Assembly (NCBI RefSeq): GCF_006345805.1
Contig: NW_021837031.1
Location: forward strand, 2,219 to 66,218
Reading direction: 5' to 3'
Length of the DNA: 64,000 nt
DNA from: Octopus sinensis
Taxonomy: Eukaryota
Under the pieces are notes generated by a model that was not told where the DNA came from, did no database searches, and saw only the letters and a program-made list of their open reading frames with translations. Positions within the stretch are counted from its first letter, which is position 1. Every line of letters starts with the position of its first letter. The translations under genes and the position numbers were made by a program. Positions 55,998 through 64,000 of the stretch are shown here, piece by piece.

Positions 55998-56272
55998 ATA
56001 TTCAACGGTTAACGTCTCACGGGCATCAATTAAACATATACCAGTAATAAACTGGGTTAGAAAGATGTAGTCCATTGTCGTAAATCTTTAACCTGTGCTA
56101 AAATTACTATCATTATTCCATTACTTTTGACGGAAAATCTTTTTAGACAGCGAGTAAGGTTAACAAATAATTGGTCGGCTTTCATTTAGTTATAATCCAT
56201 TGAAGTTTAGATTATCGCATACAGGTTGTGTAAAATCACCATCAATCACTTCTGGGGACCATTCGAAAACAC

Positions 56273-56694
56273 TCTCTTTACTCTCTTTTACTCTCTTTTA
56301 CTTGTTTCAGTCATTTGACTGCGGCCATGCTGGAGCACCGCCTTTAGTCGTGCAAATCGACCCCGGGACTTATTCTTTGTAAGCTCAGTACTTATTCTAT
56401 CGGTCTCTTTTGCCGAACCGCTATGAGACGGTGACGTAAACACACCAGCATCGGTTGTCAGGCAATGCTAGGGGGACAAACACAGACACACAAACACACA
56501 CACACATATACATATATATATTTATACATATATACGACAGGCTTCTTTCAGTTTCCGTCTACCAAATCCACTCACAAGGCATTGGTCGGCCCGGGGCTAT
56601 AGCAGAAGACACTTGCCCAAGATGCCACGCAGTGGGACTGAACCCGGAACCATGTGGTTGGTTAGCGAGCTACTTACCACACAGCCACTCCTGC
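56273..56694 (-). mobile_element. SINE family B, full length
   Basis: Reverse complement of the 15535 copy, with a (ctctttta)n tail. Confidence 0.95.
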
Positions 56695-58437
56695 AACACT
56701 ATGGTGTTATTTGTTCCGATGCAATATTAAACTGTCCGAGGAAGAGGGCGTTTCTGAACTCGTCTTTAAAATACCACCCAATTGCGAGATTTGATATATT
56801 TCCAACGATCCATTTATTACAAATTGGAATTTCCAATCTTTAGACTTTCCTATATTCTTATAGTTTACCAGCTTTACACAAGCGATTAAATAAATCATAA
56901 CAAAATGAAATGTTTTGGATACAATGATGTTTTTTCAGTTAACGACGCAGTGCTATGGCTTCAGTACACACATCATTCTATTAAATAATTAACTAATTTA
57001 TATATTTAATTATTTAATTATTTATTTGATTATCTATTTAATTGTTGTATCGATGGGCTATTGTGAGCACAAGTCATATCGCAAACATTCTATTATTAAA
57101 TATTTCAATATAATAATTAATAATAATTAGGCTTTGTTTAGTTTTATATTTTGACTTCCTGAAAATACACTGCATCGCCGTTTACAGTTACTTTTTCTTA
57201 CAAAGTTTGAATTACATAACAATGCACTTATACAAAGGATGTGGCGAGAGCAAGACTTAAGGATCAAGCCCATTGCTCCTGCTGCTGCCAATATAGATAC
57301 ATCGACACTATTCTTAGGGGGGGAATGCCTAGAGTAAAAAAGTTGCCTTTCTTCTGTTTGCCCGGCACTTATATCTCAATGATGTAGAATTGCACAATAG
57401 TGATAGGTCTATACTATAGGTCTGATTCTATACAGAAAATGGAAGGTCAGAGACTACGAGTTGTAGACTCAGTCTTTTATCGATGTCAAATAATATGGAC
57501 TGGAAAAGTTCAGGAAATGTTAACGTGGCGGTTGTGTTTGTGGGGGGGGGACAGACAAACAGACAGACGGGCAGAGAAAGACAGAGACAAAGAGAGAACG
57601 GGTGGAGAGACAGTGGCGGGGAAGGAAATGAAAGAAAGACGAAAGAATGAACATAGTCAACTGAAAAGTGAATGGAATAGTAGCCCCGTGAAAAGAACCC
57701 ATGTACATTACAGTCCATAATAGGGAGACCCTTGGCATATCATTGTATTGAGAACAAAACAAACAAAATATTGATTGGGGATGTTACAAGGAAAGATCAC
57801 GAGTTGCCCTGGAAGATAGACAATTTGAAGACTGGTTCAAAAATCGGTTGACAGCGAGAGGAGCACAGCTGAGCGGATGTGGGTCCTGGCATGATGCAGC
57901 GAAATCTGCAAGATTGTCGCGAGTATTTCCGGAACTGAATTTAAAGGAGATGGGAAAAGCAAATCTAATATGATTCGGGGAGCGTTTAAATTCGGTTCTA
58001 GCGCTAATTAAATTGGATGGGAGGGCAACTCAGCTCATGAAGAATTGTGGCCCTTCGTTGATTACCTATTTTAATTCTACAATGGAAATTTGTGTTAATG
58101 TGGTGCATTACATATTTACTTCACTCTATAATTATAAATGTGCATGTGTATGCGTCCGTTCGTGTAAGTGTAAGTGTGTGCATGTGTACGTGTGTGTGTT
58201 TCTGTGCATGAGAGCGTAATTGCTTTTCTTGCAGTCTGTGTTTCTGTCGTAAAAGAAACGCAGATTTTCAAGTATGATGGAAGGAAGAAAATACACGGTC
58301 GAGACGTGAATAAGATTATAGATACGAAACAACCAATCACAAGGATACAGGAATGGCGATTATGCGTGTTTTGCTCTAAGCAGGAATGATAATTGATATA
58401 TCAACAAAGAACACAATAGAAGGAAATGTTATCTTAC

Positions 58438-58464
58438 CAGGTTCTCCGCGGGGACCTTGGCTGC
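58438..58464 (-). CDS. Collagen micro-exon (27 bp, phase 1-1): (G)SQGPRGEP(G)
   Basis: Minus strand reads ctttctttctctttaaacag|GC AGC CAA GGT CCC CGC GGA GAA CCT G|gtaaga. Strong acceptor and donor, three Gly-X-Y triplets, GC-rich island in AT-rich flanks; same strand and phase as the 108-bp exon. Confidence 0.85.
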
Positions 58465-59056
58465 CTGTTTAAAGAGAAAGAAAGATGGAATTAGCGATAA
58501 CATTAACGGTTATTAAAGAGGATTATGCGTTGGTACTGAAGAGTAGAAAGGAAGAATGAATAATGAAGTATTTTAGATGAAAGATAACATAATTTAAATT
58601 GGTTTGGGATATCACAAGGCGGTTTCAAGTATATTAAGTAAGGAGCAGAAGGCAGTTGTAAGCTAACCCATTCAAACATATTAATATATATATATGTATA
58701 TATATACATATATATATAGTTATATATATATATATATATATATATATTTTATATATATATATGTTGTGTATGGGTGTGTACTTGTATATTTATGTATGTA
58801 TGTGTGTATATAAATAGATAGATGGATACATACATACATATACATACATACGTATACATACATACATACATACATACATACGTACACATATATATACATA
58901 CATTCATGCATACATACATATGCGTGTGTGTGTATACATATATACATACACACATGTTTATACATATACGTATATATATGTATGTATGTATGTATTTACG
59001 TATGTATGTATGTGTATCTATGTATATAAGTATGTATTTGCTTGCGAAAGATTACA

Positions 59057-59102
<46 letters not shown>

Positions 59103-59950
59103 TATATGCGTGTGTATGCATGTGCATATCTGTGCGCGCGCATGTGTGTACGAGTGTGTCACAGTCGGTATCTATATCCTAACAGGTATGACAACTCGTA
59201 CATAGGTACACATTTGCATTTCACAAAAAGATCTCAAATTACGTATTCTAAGTACGTACTCATTTAAAGACACGACGATAGAAGCGCAGTGGGATACACT
59301 AAATATTATGAGAAATTACTTACGCATCGCTTAATAGCATTTTGCAAAGTGAGAACTCAAAATTTTGCGATAATTTTTTTATAGCATGCAGAACCAGAAT
59401 ATGGATGGCAGAAATTTAATGTCAACATGTAGAATTGAGCAAGGTTAATTGTTAAGCAGAATATTAGGATTATGTTAGTAGAGAAAAAAGATTTTCCTGC
59501 AAACGACCTATATAACGGTATCCATGTATGAAATTGAACTCACAAATAATTGTACCCACAAAAATTTGCAGGGCACAATACAAAGACACGGAGGGAAATT
59601 GAAACCTTATTCATGTACCTGAGGAAAAAAGTGTTTTATCACAAAACTATGTTTGGGCTTATTAAATATTAAAAAATATCCATTACAAAAAAGCAGTACT
59701 TTTATATAATAGAAGCATGCTATTTGTACTTGTATGTGCGCATGTTTGTGTAGGTACGTGTGAAAGTATGTGTGTGTATGCCAGTGTGTGAGTGTATATG
59801 TTGTTATATAGACAAAAGTGTCCGTATAAAGCAAACGGTTCATAGTTGTTTAAAGCTATAATACCTCTACAGTTGCGTCCCTTGCACTAAATAAACAGTA
59901 ATTTCCCTTGAAAGATCTAGCGTGTCAAGTTGGCAAAATGTTACATATAT

Positions 59951-60154
59951 TCTCTTTACTCTTACTCTTTTACTTGTTTCAGTCATTTGACTGCGGCCAT
60001 GCTGGAGCACCGCCTTTAGTCGAGCAAATCGACCCCGGGACTTATTCTTTGTAAGCCTACTCATTCTATCGGTCTCTTTTGCCGAACCGCTAAGTAACGG
60101 GGACGTAAACACACACCAGCATCGGTTGTCAAGCAATGCTAGGGGGACACACAA

Positions 60155-60187
<33 letters not shown>

Positions 60188-60344
60188 CGACAGGCTTCTT
60201 TCAGTTTCCGTCTACCAAATCCACTCACAAGGCATTGGTCGGCCCGGGGCTATAGCAGAAGACACTTGCCCAACATGCCACGCAGTGGGATTGAACCCAG
60301 AACCATGTGGTTGGTTAGCAAGCTACTTACCACACAGCCACTCC
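59951..60344 (-). mobile_element. SINE family B, full length
   Basis: Near-identical to the copy at 56273. Confidence 0.95.
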
Positions 60345-60774
60345 AAAGACAATGGGTCCCTAATACTTCTATTTCAAGCGTAATTTCTTCATAGTATCAC
60401 TGATGTATTTGATTAGGCCGTTGTGTGAATATCGACAGATGATGTCGAAGGTGCTGCAAGTTACGACATAACATTTATGTGGTATTCGAGTTACGACATA
60501 ACATTGTTTCATCTACTAAACACACACAGACACAGGTGGTGCCCTATTTAGCAGTGTCGTTTGAGCATCGGATACATAACTTCGCGGCCATTGCTTTGAA
60601 ACTCTGTAGTGTGAGTTCCATTTCTACCCAGACCATCTTATAATTCCACTCTTCGATAAATAGATTATAAGTGCTGTAGAATCATTTCTTTGACTCATTC
60701 GCTTTGTGTCTGATTATTTCTCTCAAAATGCGAAACGATATTTATCAAGGAGTTGAGGCCCAATATATAAACAC

Positions 60775-60807
60775 ACTCACCACACACACACACACACATA
60801 CACACAC

Positions 60808-60840
<33 letters not shown>

Positions 60841-60904
60841 CCCACACATACACACACATACAAACCCACATACACGCGTACAGCCTTCGCGCCATATATG
60901 TATG

Positions 60905-60988
<84 letters not shown>

Positions 60989-61103
60989 TAGATAGATAGA
61001 TGGATAGACAGAAGACAAACAGACAGACAGACAGATTGATAGATAGACAGACATATGGTGAGGTGACAGACAGACAGGCAGACAGACAGATAGACAGACA
61101 GAC

Positions 61104-61177
<74 letters not shown>
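60775..61177. repeat. (CA)n/(GATA)n/(GA)n/(GACA)n compound microsatellite
   Basis: Read directly from the sequence. Confidence 0.95.
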
Positions 61178-61178
<1 letters not shown>

Positions 61179-62059
61179 AAACGAAAGGGAAAATATGAAT
61201 AGAATTTATGTAAATAGAAAATTTGTATGAAAGGACAGGGATACCAGCTAGAAAATCTGTTCTGTGGTTAGAAGGAAAACTAGTCCGTATAAATAGGAAT
61301 GAGTAATACAATGATTTAGTCATATTGTTTCTAGAAATGTAAGTGGTTGGTTATATAAGCAAGTAAAAGAGTTTAATATACGTATAAACCTTTTAGTATT
61401 TCCATATAGAGATATATTTTATCGGTTACCGCTTTGAACTTACAGTCAATTTTAAGAGGTAATTACCAAATTAGTATTTGGGTAAAGATTACTAAATTCT
61501 TGCGTTTGAACAATTTCGGAATTATATAGATAACCTGGTTCTTGTATATAACAAGAGTATGTTAGTTGCCGTCTTTGGATGTAAGCATGCCATTATTCCT
61601 AAATATATGCCTATTCTCGTAAAATTCTTACTTCATCTATCTGAAATATATGAGGGGTCTTCAACGCGTGTGTCAGCTCAGTCAATAGGCATTATATAGA
61701 CGACACAAAGCGTCGTGGAACCGATGTAATGTTCTCCTAAAATTTCTACGAACTAAAATATTTAAAATTGTAGTTAAGTGGAAAATATCTCCACTTTAAA
61801 CACGTATAAATACAAATAAAAGTAATGGAAACATCACACACATTAATATAAACAACTGCCGTCTAAGTATGAGATAAAAGAACTAATTCGAAGCTAAACA
61901 GAGAAATAAGTAGACGAATAAGAAACCTACCATCAAGTTCACAAAACTTCAGAAAAGAATCCCTTACTATAATAAAGCACTAAAAAGTAGTGGATGTGAA
62001 TTGAAGGACATCATCTTTCTGATGTAATCGCAGATCAATGTGAGACGAAGTGTTTTCTT

Positions 62060-62383
62060 ACTTCTTTATTGCGCACAGAGGGCTAAACACAGAGGGGACA
62101 AACAAGAACAGGCAGAGGGATTAAGTCAATTACATCGACCCCAGTGCGTAACTGGTACTTAATTGATACGACCCCGAAAGGATGAAAGGCAAAGTCGACC
62201 TCGGCGGAATTTGAACTCAGAACGTAGCGGCAGACGAAATACCCATTACTTTACTGTCCACAAGGGGCTACACACAGAGGGGACAAACAAGGACAGACAA
62301 ACGGATTAAATCGATTATATCTACCCCAGTACGTAACTGGTACTTATTTACTCGACCTCGAAAGGATGAAAGGCAAAGTCGAT
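62060..62383 (-). mobile_element. SINE family A dimer, 5'-truncated
   Basis: Two body units ending gaaaggatgaaaggcaaagtcga. Confidence 0.9.
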
Positions 62384-62556
62384 TTTGAGTGTCTAATGCA
62401 CAGATACATGATATAATACCCTGTTGATGTTGGTGAAATTACAGTGAAGGAGACTTAGATCTATGTTAGTAGCCGGCTCTTTCTCTATTGGTAAGAAATA
62501 CTGAAATAACATACATACATACATACATACATACATACATACATACATAACATACA

Positions 62557-62588
<32 letters not shown>

Positions 62589-63169
62589 CCAATCTTGAGA
62601 AATTGGGTTTCTGAAGACCAGAAAGCAGAAAACTAATTCGAAGACTACAGATCCAATCCATCACTGGAACCGTAACAATCTGTAAAACTTTCTAGAAGTT
62701 TATCATTTAAAGATATGAGCATACAAATTAGCACATATACATACATGCATGCGTACATACATATATATATATATGCATGCATACATATATACATGCATAT
62801 ATGCATACATAGATGCATACATGCATGCATGCATACATGCATATATACATACATACATGCATATATACATACATACATATATATATACAAACATACATAC
62901 ATGCATGCATACATACATATATATATGCATATATACATACATGCATGCATACATGCATGCATACATGCATATACAAAAATATCCTGTTGATGTTGAAGTT
63001 GCAATGAAAGAGCCTTTAATCTAGTTTAGAAATCGGCTCTTTCTCTATTGGCAAGAAATCTTGAAATAAAATTGAACAAAGGCATATATACATACATACA
63101 TACATACATACATACATACATACATACATACATACATACATACATACATACATTCAACTAATTTAGTCG

Positions 63170-63590
63170 CAAACATGGGCTGTACGGTAGGAATCTTACT
63201 CCCCAACTACGTAGTTCTGGTTTCAGTTCCCCTGCGTGGCACCTTGGTAATATTTCTTCCATGTCTTCGAGCCGACCAAAGCCTTGTGAGTGGATTTGGT
63301 GGACGGAAACTGAGAGAAACCCGTAGTATATGTGTGTGCATGCGTGCAAATATCTATGTGTGTATTTGTGTGTTTTTTGTACCTATATTTGTCCCGATTA
63401 GTAACCGGTGTTGGTATGCTTATATCCCTGCAACCTAGCGGTTCGGCATGAGAGACAGATAAAATAAGTACTAGGCTTAAAAGTAAAAGTTCTGGGGTTG
63501 ATATTTTCGATTAAAAGAACCCTTCATGGCAGTGCCCCGGCACGGCCCCCGCAGTCAAGTGATTGAGACAGGTAATAGAACAGAAGAATA
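63170..63590 (+). mobile_element. SINE family B, diverged
   Basis: ggtttcagttcccctgcgtggcaccttgg..gccttgtgagtggatttggtggacggaaactga..tagcggttcggc. Confidence 0.85.
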
Positions 63591-64000
63591 AAAGATGTGA
63601 CACGTCTACAAACGTGCACTGTGCCACCTGTTCGAATCGTCAGCAAAAAGACCCATAACTGCGTCACAAATATAAGACCTAATGCAGCTATGCTGTGCCT
63701 TGAGGGGAGTCGCATCGCATTTTAGGAGTGTGTAGAGCTGCGATGAAGGCAGTAGCGTAGTTAGAGTATGTGCCGTTCGTGGGGGCTTTTCTGTTAGCCG
63801 CCGCCGGAGCCCCATGAAAAAGATTTAATGCCTACAGCAGACCCAAGACTGGCCGCTCGGGACGGACCACTCCTGTCCCCACTACCACCATCCTACCCCC
63901 CAGATACGCTAGTGGATGAAGGGTTTTGAGGACGGATTTGCTCTTTATTAAAACACTGAAATTAGCTCCCAAGAAGCAAAGTCACATGATACTCGCAGAG

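Noticed and set aside
57752-57973. Plus-strand open frame containing LEDRQFEDWFKNRL (homeodomain helix-3-like)
   Set aside because: Only WFKNR matches. There are no helix 1/2 residues, basic tail or splice acceptor, so chance is likely.

Overview
AT-rich eukaryotic genomic DNA saturated with (TA)n/(CA)n/(GA)n/(TACA)n/(GATA)n microsatellites and interspersed repeats. The repeat families look like those of octopus (cephalopod) genomes; this is inferred from recall, not from a search. Nearly all ORFs in the supplied track are microsatellite or SINE artefacts. The only convincing host-gene sequence is two minus-strand collagen (Gly-X-Y) exons that the track misses: 27 bp at 58438-58464 and 108 bp at 25604-25711. 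Both have canonical splice sites and compatible phase, so most of the window is probably intronic in a very large non-fibrillar collagen-domain gene. Mobile DNA includes three tRNA-derived SINE groups (several with TSDs), RTE-type LINE 3' fragments (one sharing its tail with a SINE), internally deleted mariner and Tc1-like remnants, a Penelope GIY-YIG remnant, a ~1 kb fold-back repeat, and a 50-copy 22-bp minisatellite growing out of a SINE tail. Hammerhead-ribozyme-like motifs occur in several distinct short repeat families; the best formed is at 30533-30594.
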